From contig CAWCTD010000004.1 in NCBI GenBank assembly GCA_963798455.1, forward strand, positions 170,708-234,707: a stretch of 64,000 nt of DNA, in the 5' to 3' direction. The translations under genes were made by a program, and so were the position numbers. Of this stretch, positions 37,848 through 45,983 are shown one piece after another. The notes beneath the pieces are model-generated. The model was not told the origin of the DNA, searched no databases, and worked only from the letters and a program-made list of their open reading frames with translations. The stretch's first letter is position 1; each line of letters starts with the position of its first letter. The stretch comes from Bryobacterales bacterium (GTDB lineage: Bacteria > Acidobacteriota > Terriglobia > Bryobacterales > Bryobacteraceae).

Positions 37848-38370
37848 ATGTTGCGTTCTCACGCCCTGCGGTGGCTGTTCACGCTGAGCTTCCCGTTGCT
37901 TGCTGCTCATGGAGCCTTCGCCCAGGCGAAGGTCGGAATCATCAACACCCAAGTCGCCTTGTCCCAGACGGCCGAGATCAAGAAGGCGCAGGCGGACCTT
38001 GAGGCCAAGTACAAGCCCCGCCAGGACCAAATGGCGAAGCTCCAGAAGGATCTGGACGCAATCAACCAGCAGTTGAGCCTGGGTGACAAGCTCACCGGGT
38101 CAGCGCAGGCCGATCTCACCACGCAGGGACAGCGCAAGCAGCGCGATTTGCAACGGCTCACCGAGGACTTGCAGGCGGACGTGGACCGCGAGCGCACCGA
38201 TGTCATCACCAAGTGCAGTGAGAGAATGCGGGGCATCGTGGCCAAACTGGCGGAAGAAAAGGGTCTGGACGTTCGTGATCGACACCGTTAACACGATCTA
38301 TTTCAAGCCAGCCCTGGATATCACAAAGGAAGCCACGGCCGCATACGACACGGCCTATCCCGCCAAGTAA
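37848..38370 (+). pseudogene. OmpH/Skp-family periplasmic chaperone; the frame is interrupted by a +1 indel near 38274
   Basis: The product MLRSHALRWLFTLSFPLLAAHGAFAQAKVGIINTQ... has a signal peptide followed by an OmpH-like coiled-coil. The frame stops at 38291 after an extra c at 38274. The conserved C-terminus (VIDTVNTIYFKPALDITKEATAAYDTAYPAK) continues in the +1 frame to 38370. GGAGGAG RBS at 37831-37837. Confidence 0.7.
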
Positions 38371-38375
38371 CAGCC

Positions 38376-38831
38376 ATGCGCGGCTATCTGGAAGGATACG
38401 GCGCCGGCGAGGAGAAGCGCGAGAGGCTGATTCACCGTGTCTTGCTTGTGGTCGTGTTGCTCCTGGCGCTCGGAGGCACGCTCTATTTCGTCTTCCGGAA
38501 CTACACGGAGTCGCGGCAAGCCGAGCGGTTTTTCGATCTGCTGCGCAAACAGGACTACCGTGCCGCTTACGCTCTGTGGGGCTGCACCGAAGCGAGCCCT
38601 TGCCGCGACTACACTATGCAAAAGTTCCTGGAAGATTGGGGCCCGAAGAGCCAACACGCGGACCTGTCCGGGTTGAAGATCACGCACACGCGCGGCTGCA
38701 GTTCGGGCGTGATCATCGAGGCCAGCTTCGGCCTCGGGCGGACGGAGTACTTGTGGGTGGACCGCGAGAACAAGAATCTGGGCTTCGCCCCCTGGCCGGT
38801 TTGCAATCCCCGCCTCCCCAAGCAGCCGTAG
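38376..38831 (+). CDS. hypothetical membrane-anchored protein
   Basis: 151 aa with one N-terminal TM segment (RVLLVVVLLLALGGTLYFVF). No family recognised. Confidence 0.5.
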   Translation: MRGYLEGYGAGEEKRERLIHRVLLVVVLLLALGGTLYFVFRNYTESRQAERFFDLLRKQDYRAAYALWGCTEASPCRDYTMQKFLEDWGPKSQHADLSGLKITHTRGCSSGVIIEASFGLGRTEYLWVDRENKNLGFAPWPVCNPRLPKQP

Positions 38832-38849
38832 GGTGGCTGTAGCCGGGTT

Positions 38850-40070
38850 TTAGAGGATGGGGAGCAGCACTTCTTCCGTGGTTGGGACGGGCTTTACCTC
38901 TCTGTAAACGACCTTCAGCAGCGGAGGCGAGATGATGGTGGTGGCCACCGCCATGAACACCGCGACTCCGTAGGCCTCCTGTCCGATAGCGCCCAACGCC
39001 AGCCCAAGCTGGGCCACGACCATGCCGACTTCACCGCGCGGGATCATGCCCACCCCGATACGAAGAGCATCGGTTCGGCCCAGGCGCCAGGCCGCCAGCC
39101 CGCAACCCGCGAACTTGGACAGCAAGGCAGCCGCGAGGACCAGCAGAGCCAGGGTCAGGACTCGCGGGTCGGAGAACAACCGCAGGTCTACGTGAAGGCC
39201 AATGCCCACGAGGAAGAACGGCACGAGCAATTCCGAAACGCCCTGCGCCAGGTGATGGACGCGAGGCTCCACGTGCTCGCCCAGCGCCATGCCCGCCAGG
39301 AAGGCTCCGACAATGGCGGCCACGCCGATGTACACCGCCAGCAGGGACAGGGCGAAGAGAAGCACCAGCGCGAGGGCGAATTCAGCCTCGGCGAGCTGGA
39401 GCCTGTCCTGGACCTTGCGGACCACGCGCCCCGCGGCCTTCGGACCCCAGACCGCCATCACCACCGTGAAGCCGGCGGCCAGAATGGTGGTCAGAAGGAT
39501 TTCCGCGACGTTGACGCTGCCCCGCGCCAGGCTGCTGACCACAGCCAGGACCAGCAGTCCCTGCACGTCATCAATCACAGCCGCCGCCAGGATTACTTTA
39601 CTGGACCGCTCCGCCAGCAGGCCCCGGGAGGCCAGCACGCGCGCGGTGATGCCGACGCTGGTCGCGACCATGGTGGCCCCCATGAAGAAGGCCTCGATTT
39701 GTCCCTTCCCCCAGAGAATCATCAGGCCCCAGCCCATCAGGAGGGGCAGAATCACGCCGCTGGTGGCCACCAAAGTAGCCGTGCCGCCCACGCGCATCAA
39801 CTCCGAGGCCCTCACCTCGAGGCCTACGCGAAACAGCAGGAACATGGCGCCCAGCTCGGCGAGGGTCGAGAGCAGATCGTTGGGAGCAATCCAGGCCAGC
39901 ACGCTTGGTCCGAGCAGCACCCCGGCCAGGATTTCGCCGACAATCCCGGGCAGTTTGATTCTCTCGCACAGTTCCGCCAGCAGCTTTGCCGTCCCGAAGA
40001 CGAGCAGCATGGCGAACGGTATCCGCACGTCTCCCACGAGCAGAAGGGCGAGATGGTTCAGTGGAGTCAT
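38850..40070 (-). CDS. cation:proton antiporter (CPA2/KefB-like Na+/H+ exchanger family)
   Basis: Start at MTPLNHLALLL (ATG is the complement of 40068-40070). ~12 hydrophobic segments with the typical CPA motifs (GEILAGVLLGPS, MIPRGEVGMVVA). Confidence 0.8.
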   Translation of the reverse strand: MTPLNHLALLLVGDVRIPFAMLLVFGTAKLLAELCERIKLPGIVGEILAGVLLGPSVLAWIAPNDLLSTLAELGAMFLLFRVGLEVRASELMRVGGTATLVATSGVILPLLMGWGLMILWGKGQIEAFFMGATMVATSVGITARVLASRGLLAERSSKVILAAAVIDDVQGLLVLAVVSSLARGSVNVAEILLTTILAAGFTVVMAVWGPKAAGRVVRKVQDRLQLAEAEFALALVLLFALSLLAVYIGVAAIVGAFLAGMALGEHVEPRVHHLAQGVSELLVPFFLVGIGLHVDLRLFSDPRVLTLALLVLAAALLSKFAGCGLAAWRLGRTDALRIGVGMIPRGEVGMVVAQLGLALGAIGQEAYGVAVFMAVATTIISPPLLKVVYREVKPVPTTEEVLLPIL

Positions 40071-40214
40071 TGCCGCGTCAAGATCTGTGAGCCGCCCGCC
40101 GCCAGTTCCAGAGGGCCAGCGCACCGGTTCCCAGCACGACGGGCGCGACCGGCGCGCCGCTCCAGAGTAGAAAGATCCAGGCCACCAGCGCCGCCGTCAG
40201 AAAAACGTTCCACT

Positions 40215-40730
40215 TCATCGCAGCACCGCCGTCAGGGCGAGCACGGCGACTATCACCAGCAAGCCCAGCGCCGGGGCTAGCAGCGGTTTGGTCCAAGCGG
40301 GCTTCTGTGTGCCCTCGCGCATCAGCCGTCGGATTTCCCGCAACTGCGTTCGCGCCAGCGAAAGCTCCCAGGCGCTGCGCGCCAACCGCACGGCGTTGAG
40401 CGTCTCCTGCTCGGCGCGGGGCAACGCGCGGAGGCGGTACAGCAACTCGGAGTACTTCAACTGCGCGAAGAAATGGCCGGGATCCAGCCGCACCGCCGCC
40501 TCCAAGGCGTCCATCGACTTGTAAGCTTCATAATTCATGGCGTAGGCCATGCCGAGGCAGGTGCGGAGGTCGGCCGAGGAAGGGTTTTCCGCACAGGCCT
40601 GTTCGAGCCGGACGATGCCATCCGCGAGTTCCTCGGGAGGCACGGTGTGCGGGTCCCGCCAGGGAAAGGGCAGCACCCGCACCTCTTGCGCGGGCGCCTG
40701 GGGTGTAACTGTTTGCAGTTGTGCCACCAT
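40215..40730 (-). CDS. hypothetical TPR-like protein with C-terminal membrane anchor
   Basis: 171 aa with TPR-like helices (LGMAYAMNYEAYKSMDALEAAVRLDPGHFFAQLKYSELLY) and a C-terminal TM segment (LLAPALGLLVIVAVLALTAVL). Confidence 0.5.
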   Translation of the reverse strand: MVAQLQTVTPQAPAQEVRVLPFPWRDPHTVPPEELADGIVRLEQACAENPSSADLRTCLGMAYAMNYEAYKSMDALEAAVRLDPGHFFAQLKYSELLYRLRALPRAEQETLNAVRLARSAWELSLARTQLREIRRLMREGTQKPAWTKPLLAPALGLLVIVAVLALTAVLR

Positions 40731-40733
40731 GGC

Positions 40734-42356
40734 TCACCTCCCAATCGCGCTGGCTTTGATCTCGAACTCCGGGTAGCCTAGAGCGCCCATTTCAGGCATG
40801 TCGAGGCCCTCCATTTCCGCCTTGGCCGACACTCTCTGCCCGACGATCACGTCCACCAATACGCCGAAGACGAAAGTGGCGACGAAGACCACGCCCACCA
40901 GAGCCGACACGCCGATCAACTGTGCCACGAGCTGGCTGGAATCCCCAAAGAACAGGCCTGTAACCGAGCCGTTGACCCCGTTCCAGGAGCCGCCATAGTT
41001 GCTTCTGCCGTCGGCGAACAGACCCACCGAGATAACGCCCCAAATCCCGTTGGTGCCGTGCACGGAGATGGCGCCGACCGGGTCGTCGACCTTCATCTTG
41101 CGCTCGACGAACTCGACCGAGAGGCAGACCAGCCCGCCGGCAACCAGTCCGATGATCACCGCGCAAACCGGGTTGACAAAACCGCAGGGGGCCGTAATGG
41201 CCACCAGCCCGGCGAGCAGCCCGTTGCCCGACATCGAGGCGTCCGGCTTGCCATAGCGCATCCACATGTAGAGCATGGCGCCGAAGCCTCCCGCCATGCC
41301 CGCAAGCATGGTGTTGACCGCGATGGATCCGATGCGAAGACTGCCGTTGCCGGAAGCGCCCAGCGTCGAGCCAGGGTTGAACCCGAACCACCCGAAGGCC
41401 AGGATGAAGCAGCCGGTGAGCACCAGCACGATGTCATGGCCGGGGATGGCGTTGGGCTTTCCATCGCGGCTGAACTTGCCGATCCTCGGGCCGATCAGGA
41501 TGGCCATGGCCAACGCCGAAAGTCCTCCCACGGCGTGCACCACGCCCGAGCCGGCGAAGTCGACGTAGCCGTGCCCGAGCCCGAAATTCGCTCCCAGGTT
41601 GGCCAGCCAGCCACCGCCCCAGGCCCAGTTAGCGAACATCGGATAGGTGAACGCGCCCATCAGGAACGAGGAGATTAGGAACGCCGAGAACTTCCAGCGT
41701 TCGGCGGCGGAGCCGGTCACGATGGTCAGCGCCGTGTCCATGAAGACCATCTGGAACAGGAAGACGACCATCACCGACACGTCGTAGGTCCCCGCGTGCA
41801 TCAGGAAGAAACCGTTCTGCCCGAAGAGGCCGAACGGCTTGCCGAACAAATTGAGGACGAGCTCGGAACTCAACGGCGGAGTGCCGCCCAGGTTGCCGAT
41901 GGCGCCCACCCCGCCCATCTGGAGCGGGAAGCCGATCAGCCAGTAGGCCAGCATGCCCACGCCGTAGACCATGAAGTTCATCATCATGGTGTGATTGGCG
42001 TTCTTGGCGCGGCACAACCCCGTCTCGACCACCGCGAAACCGGCCTGCATGAACATGACCAGGAAGCCGGTGACGAGCGTCCACATGAAGTTGATGGCGA
42101 TCTTGTTCTGTCCCACCTGGTTGACCACGTCCGCAATGGTGAGACCCTTCTTGGCGTCACTCACGGCCACGTCGGCGACGGTGCCGGTGAGCGAGCCATC
42201 CGGGTCGCCCTTGGCGCGCACTTCCGCCTTGGGCGCTTCCACTGCTTTGAGGTCAGCATCCGTGATGGGAACCGGCGCGGCCGCGGGTGGCGCTTGAGCC
42301 CATCCCACGGCGGCCAGGGCGAGCCATGCCAGCGTGATGCATAGTCTTCGTCTCAT
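40734..42356 (-). CDS. amt: ammonium transporter (Amt family) with N-terminal extension
   Basis: 540 aa with a signal peptide plus ~80-aa extension, then the canonical Amt core (FMQAGFAVVETG, DFAGSGVVH, GFNPGS, SVHGTNGIWGVISVGLFA). Confidence 0.9.
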   Translation of the reverse strand: MRRRLCITLAWLALAAVGWAQAPPAAAPVPITDADLKAVEAPKAEVRAKGDPDGSLTGTVADVAVSDAKKGLTIADVVNQVGQNKIAINFMWTLVTGFLVMFMQAGFAVVETGLCRAKNANHTMMMNFMVYGVGMLAYWLIGFPLQMGGVGAIGNLGGTPPLSSELVLNLFGKPFGLFGQNGFFLMHAGTYDVSVMVVFLFQMVFMDTALTIVTGSAAERWKFSAFLISSFLMGAFTYPMFANWAWGGGWLANLGANFGLGHGYVDFAGSGVVHAVGGLSALAMAILIGPRIGKFSRDGKPNAIPGHDIVLVLTGCFILAFGWFGFNPGSTLGASGNGSLRIGSIAVNTMLAGMAGGFGAMLYMWMRYGKPDASMSGNGLLAGLVAITAPCGFVNPVCAVIIGLVAGGLVCLSVEFVERKMKVDDPVGAISVHGTNGIWGVISVGLFADGRSNYGGSWNGVNGSVTGLFFGDSSQLVAQLIGVSALVGVVFVATFVFGVLVDVIVGQRVSAKAEMEGLDMPEMGALGYPEFEIKASAIGR

Positions 42357-42365
42357 CTCGATCTC

Positions 42366-42548
42366 CTATTGCCTCCAGATAGCGTTCTTCACGTAGGCGG
42401 GGTTGAGCAGCCCGATGATGCCGATCAGCGAGACGGCCAGACCCGCCAGCACAATCGCCAGGCGCGCGCCCGGCGAGTCGGCCATGATCAGGCTCAGCAG
42501 ACTGATGACGAACCCCAGCATTGTCACTAGCAATCCTGCGATAGCCAT
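42366..42548 (-). CDS. small (60 aa) two-TM membrane protein
   Basis: MAIAGLLVTMLGFVISLLSLIMADSPGARLAIVLAGLAVSLIGIIGLLNPAYVKNAIWRQ, preceded by an AGGAGG RBS. Confidence 0.5.
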   Translation of the reverse strand: MAIAGLLVTMLGFVISLLSLIMADSPGARLAIVLAGLAVSLIGIIGLLNPAYVKNAIWRQ

Positions 42549-42557
42549 AGCTCCTCC

Positions 42558-42737
42558 TTAACTCTCCTCGTGCTCCCAAGGCTTGGCCTTGACAAACAGC
42601 GCGAACGAGACTGCCAGCAGCACAAGACCTAGCAAGATGATCAGCACGCTGCCGCCCGCCGCCATCCCGGCGGCAATGAGCACGAACGCCGCAAAGAATA
42701 GAGAAACACCAACCGCTTGCGTACGATTTGCTCCCAT
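42558..42737 (-). CDS. small (59 aa) two-TM membrane protein, not in the ORF track (below its length cut-off)
   Basis: Hand translation of the minus strand gives MGANRTQAVGVSLFFAAFVLIAAGMAAGGSVLIILLGLVLLAVSFALFVKAKPWEHEES. A GGAGGAG RBS lies 5 nt upstream. Its stop sits 9 nt before the next small gene. Confidence 0.42.
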   Translation of the reverse strand: MGANRTQAVGVSLFFAAFVLIAAGMAAGGSVLIILLGLVLLAVSFALFVKAKPWEHEES

Positions 42738-42762
42738 GGTTAACTCCTCCCTTCGAAAACAG

Positions 42763-43878
42763 TTACCGTTTGGGTCCGAAATAGGCCACGAAGCCGGCCA
42801 GCAGAGTGGTCTGGCTCGTGGAGGCCGCCGGCGTCGCCCCGCGATCGAAGAACGGCTGATCGGACCAGTCGCGGCGGTACTCGACGCGGCTGAGAAGACC
42901 CTCGACCCACTTGTACTCGCCGGTGAGCGTGAACTCCTTCAGCTTCTGCGCCGTGCCGGTCGAGAAGCCGTCACGGTCATTGAACCATTCCAGTCGCGGC
43001 GCGACGGCGACGTGCTTTGTGAAGGCGTAGCGGACCGCGCCGGCCACGCCGTACCAGACGTTATCGGTGGCGCCGCCGGCGGCCTTCTTGTCCACACCAT
43101 AGTCGAAATTAAAGTACGCGCCGGCCTTCGACGAGCTGACCAACAAGGTCGTGTCGTAGAGATGCCTCCAGCCCCGGTTCGTCCCGGTTTTTTCCGGACC
43201 GGCGTAGTAGTTGTTGGACCAGGTTACCGGCCCGGCGGCCACGGTCCCGGTCAGCCCGATGGTCTTGCCGCTGTTGTTGTCCTCCACGTTGTTCCAGCCG
43301 TTCACCAGGTGAAACCCTCCGGTGAAGTACTTGCCGATGGGCATCGACGTTCGCAACCCGAAGTGGTAGTAAGGGATGGCCAAGGCAAACAGCAGGGACC
43401 GGGAATAGTTCCAGTTGCTGTATGTCTCGATCACCTCAGCCCCCGCCATGGTGACGTGCTTGCCGAAGTCCAGTTGCAGGCCGTGCGCCTGCGGCGGTTT
43501 GTAGCTGATGTAGGCCTGCTCGATGTTCCGCACGGCCGATGTGTCCGCGCCGTTCACCATGTCGAAGGCTTTTCCGAAGCCAAGGTCAAAGCGAAAGCCG
43601 ACCGGGTCGGCGGAGTGCTCCATGGTGAGCTTCGCCATGTTGAGACTGAACTGGTTGGCCTTGACGTCGAAGTTGCGGAGTTGGTTCGCCATGGAGGCGG
43701 GGTGATTTAGGTTCAGGCTGTAGTAGCCGTCGATCAACCCGCTGAAACTGATCTCGCCGACGGACCAAGCCGGCGGGGCGGACGGGGGCTGGCTGTTGTC
43801 GGAAGTGGACTGGGCGACGGCCGACCCCACCATCCCGATGAAGACGGCGCTCCTCAAGAGACACTCCAGGCATTGCAT
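42763..43878 (-). CDS. putative outer-membrane beta-barrel porin (amt-associated)
   Basis: 371 aa with a signal peptide, alternating amphipathic beta-strand pattern and a C-terminal aromatic residue context (FVAYFGPKR). It is the first gene of the porin-small-small-amt minus-strand string. Confidence 0.55.
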   Translation of the reverse strand: MQCLECLLRSAVFIGMVGSAVAQSTSDNSQPPSAPPAWSVGEISFSGLIDGYYSLNLNHPASMANQLRNFDVKANQFSLNMAKLTMEHSADPVGFRFDLGFGKAFDMVNGADTSAVRNIEQAYISYKPPQAHGLQLDFGKHVTMAGAEVIETYSNWNYSRSLLFALAIPYYHFGLRTSMPIGKYFTGGFHLVNGWNNVEDNNSGKTIGLTGTVAAGPVTWSNNYYAGPEKTGTNRGWRHLYDTTLLVSSSKAGAYFNFDYGVDKKAAGGATDNVWYGVAGAVRYAFTKHVAVAPRLEWFNDRDGFSTGTAQKLKEFTLTGEYKWVEGLLSRVEYRRDWSDQPFFDRGATPAASTSQTTLLAGFVAYFGPKR

Positions 43879-44085
43879 GTTGTGTGACCTCCAAACTCTG
43901 GATATTCCCCAGGCTGGCGTTGGACGGGGAGCCCGCCGGTATGACTCGATTCTAAGCCGAGCCGCGTCCCGGACGCCAATAGAAAATTTGAATTAGCTCC
44001 ATAGAAACGTTGTGTTATGAGTTCCGACTCAACGGGTGCATGATGAAAACATACTGCCGCGATCGCAGTTATCCCCGAGGAGATT

Positions 44086-45468
44086 ATGAGAGTGCTGAAA
44101 TACTACTTGACTTGGTTGTGCGCGATCCCCTTGATGGCCCAGACCCCGCAGGGCCTCGACGCCAAGCTGGCCGCTCTCGACGCCGCCACCAAGGCCGCCC
44201 AGTCCGCGGGCGACAACGCATGGATGCTGGTCAGCGCCGCGTTGGTGTTGATGATGACCGGGCCCGGGCTGGCCCTCTTCTATGGAGGACTGGTTCGCCG
44301 GAAGAACGTGCTGGGAACCATGATGCAGAGCTTTGCGTTGATGGCTCTGGTCACGGTGCTGTGGGCCGTCGCCGGATATAGCCTGGCTTTCAGCGAAGGC
44401 ACGCCCGTACTGGGCGGCCTCGGCCACCTTTTCCTCAACGGTGTGGGCGCGGAACCCAACGCGGACTACGCCGCCACGATCCCGCATCAGACGTTCATGA
44501 TCTATCAGTTGATGTTCGCCGTCATCACGCCGGCGCTCATTTCGGGCGCCTTCGCCGAACGGATGAAATTCAGCGCCATGCTGCTGTTCACGACCCTGTG
44601 GATGCTGATCGTCTACTTCCCGCTGGCGCACATGGTCTGGGGCAAGGGAGGCATGCTCAACGCTTTCCTGGGCGGGAAGATCCCCACCTTGGACTTTGCC
44701 GGCGGGACGGTGGTGCACATTTCCTCGGGGGTTTCAGCCCTGGTTTGCGCGTTGTATCTGGGCAAGCGGCACGGTTATCCGACCGAGCCGATGAAGCCGC
44801 ACAACCTGACGTTGAGCTTCATAGGAGCATGTCTCCTGTGGGTCGGCTGGTTCGGATTCAACGCCGGAAGCGCGCTAGGAGCATCGGCGCTGGCGACCAG
44901 CGCTTTCGTGGCGACGCATTTCGGCGCGGCCGCCGCGGCCCTAGGTTGGATATTGGCCGAATGGATGAAGAGCGGCAAGCCCAGCGTATTGGGCGGCATC
45001 TCGGGCTGCGTGGCCGGCTTGGTGGCCATCACGCCAGCGTCGGGATTCGTGAAGCCGTTTCCGGCGCTGGTGATCGGATTCACGGCCGGAGTCGTCTGCT
45101 ACTTCATGGTGACGGCCGTGAAACATAAGTTCAGCTACGATGACTCCCTGGACGCGTTTGGAGTGCATGGAGCGGGCGGAACACTGGGCGCCCTGCTGAC
45201 CGGCGTGTTTGCCACCAGCGCCGTCAACAGCGCGCTCAAGGACGTCTCGGGGCGCCCGGCGCCGCTGGGGATGGTGGATGGCAACCCGGGGCAGGTTGTC
45301 AACCAATTGATCGCCTGCGCCATCGCCTGGGTGCTGGCCGCCGCCGGCACGCTGGTGATCCTGAAGATCTGCGATATGGTCATGGGGGTGCGCGTCGCGG
45401 TCGAGCAAGAGGTTCAGGGTTTAGACCTGAGCTTACATGGCGAGGAAGCGTACAATCTCGAATCATAG
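44086..45468 (+). CDS. amtB: ammonium transporter AmtB
   Basis: 460 aa with a signal peptide and an Amt core (DFAGGTVVHISSG, GWFGFNAGSA, GVHGAGGTLGALLTGVFA). It is followed by glnK. Confidence 0.9.
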   Translation: MRVLKYYLTWLCAIPLMAQTPQGLDAKLAALDAATKAAQSAGDNAWMLVSAALVLMMTGPGLALFYGGLVRRKNVLGTMMQSFALMALVTVLWAVAGYSLAFSEGTPVLGGLGHLFLNGVGAEPNADYAATIPHQTFMIYQLMFAVITPALISGAFAERMKFSAMLLFTTLWMLIVYFPLAHMVWGKGGMLNAFLGGKIPTLDFAGGTVVHISSGVSALVCALYLGKRHGYPTEPMKPHNLTLSFIGACLLWVGWFGFNAGSALGASALATSAFVATHFGAAAAALGWILAEWMKSGKPSVLGGISGCVAGLVAITPASGFVKPFPALVIGFTAGVVCYFMVTAVKHKFSYDDSLDAFGVHGAGGTLGALLTGVFATSAVNSALKDVSGRPAPLGMVDGNPGQVVNQLIACAIAWVLAAAGTLVILKICDMVMGVRVAVEQEVQGLDLSLHGEEAYNLES

Positions 45469-45610
45469 GAGCTTGTTGAAAAACCTGCCAGAATATCGAA
45501 CAAGGACAAGACGGGAGTCACATCCCACACCTGGAATCAGCGACTTGTGTCCACGTGGGGTATGTCTGCTGACTTGCCCAGCAGGTTTTTCAGCAAGCTC
45601 ATAGGGAGCA
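45469..45610 (+). repeat. long-range inverted repeat (20-22 nt arms, ~100-nt loop) in the amtB-glnK spacer
   Basis: gagcttgttgaaaaacctgc (45469-45488) is the reverse complement of gcaggtttttcagcaagctc (45591-45610) with one mismatch. The loop contains further short inverted repeats. Confidence 0.5.
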
Positions 45611-45644
45611 GCGCTGAGGAAGGCACGGAGGAAAGGACGAAGCT

Positions 45645-45983
45645 ATGAAGAAAATTGAAGCGATCATTCAGCCTTTCAAGTTGGAGGATACCAAGGAGGC
45701 TTTGAAGGGGATCGGTATCGACGGCATGACGGTTTCCGAGGTCCGCGGGCACGGCCGGCAGAAGGGGCACAAAGAGGTCTATCGCGGTCAGGAGTACCAG
45801 GTGGATCTACTGCCCAAGGTGAAGCTGGAGATGGTAGTGCCGGCTGGCCGCGTGGAAGAGATCATCAAGACGTTGGTGACCGCCGCGCGCACGGGAAAGA
45901 TCGGCGACGGCAAGATCTTCGTTTACGACGTTGCGGAAGCGGTCCGCATCCGCAACGATGACCGCGGGGAAGCCGCGCTGTGA
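45645..45983 (+). CDS. glnK: nitrogen regulatory protein P-II
   Basis: 112 aa: MKKIEAIIQPFKLEDTKEALKGIGIDGMTVSEVRGHGRQKGH...GDGKIFV, including the T-loop Tyr. Confidence 0.95.
   Translation: MKKIEAIIQPFKLEDTKEALKGIGIDGMTVSEVRGHGRQKGHKEVYRGQEYQVDLLPKVKLEMVVPAGRVEEIIKTLVTAARTGKIGDGKIFVYDVAEAVRIRNDDRGEAAL

Noticed and set aside
43879-44085. Sigma-54 (-24/-12) promoter upstream of amtB or of the porin-amt string
   Set aside because: I scanned for TGGCAC-N5-TTGCW on both strands. The only partial match has TA instead of GC at -12, so it is not reported.
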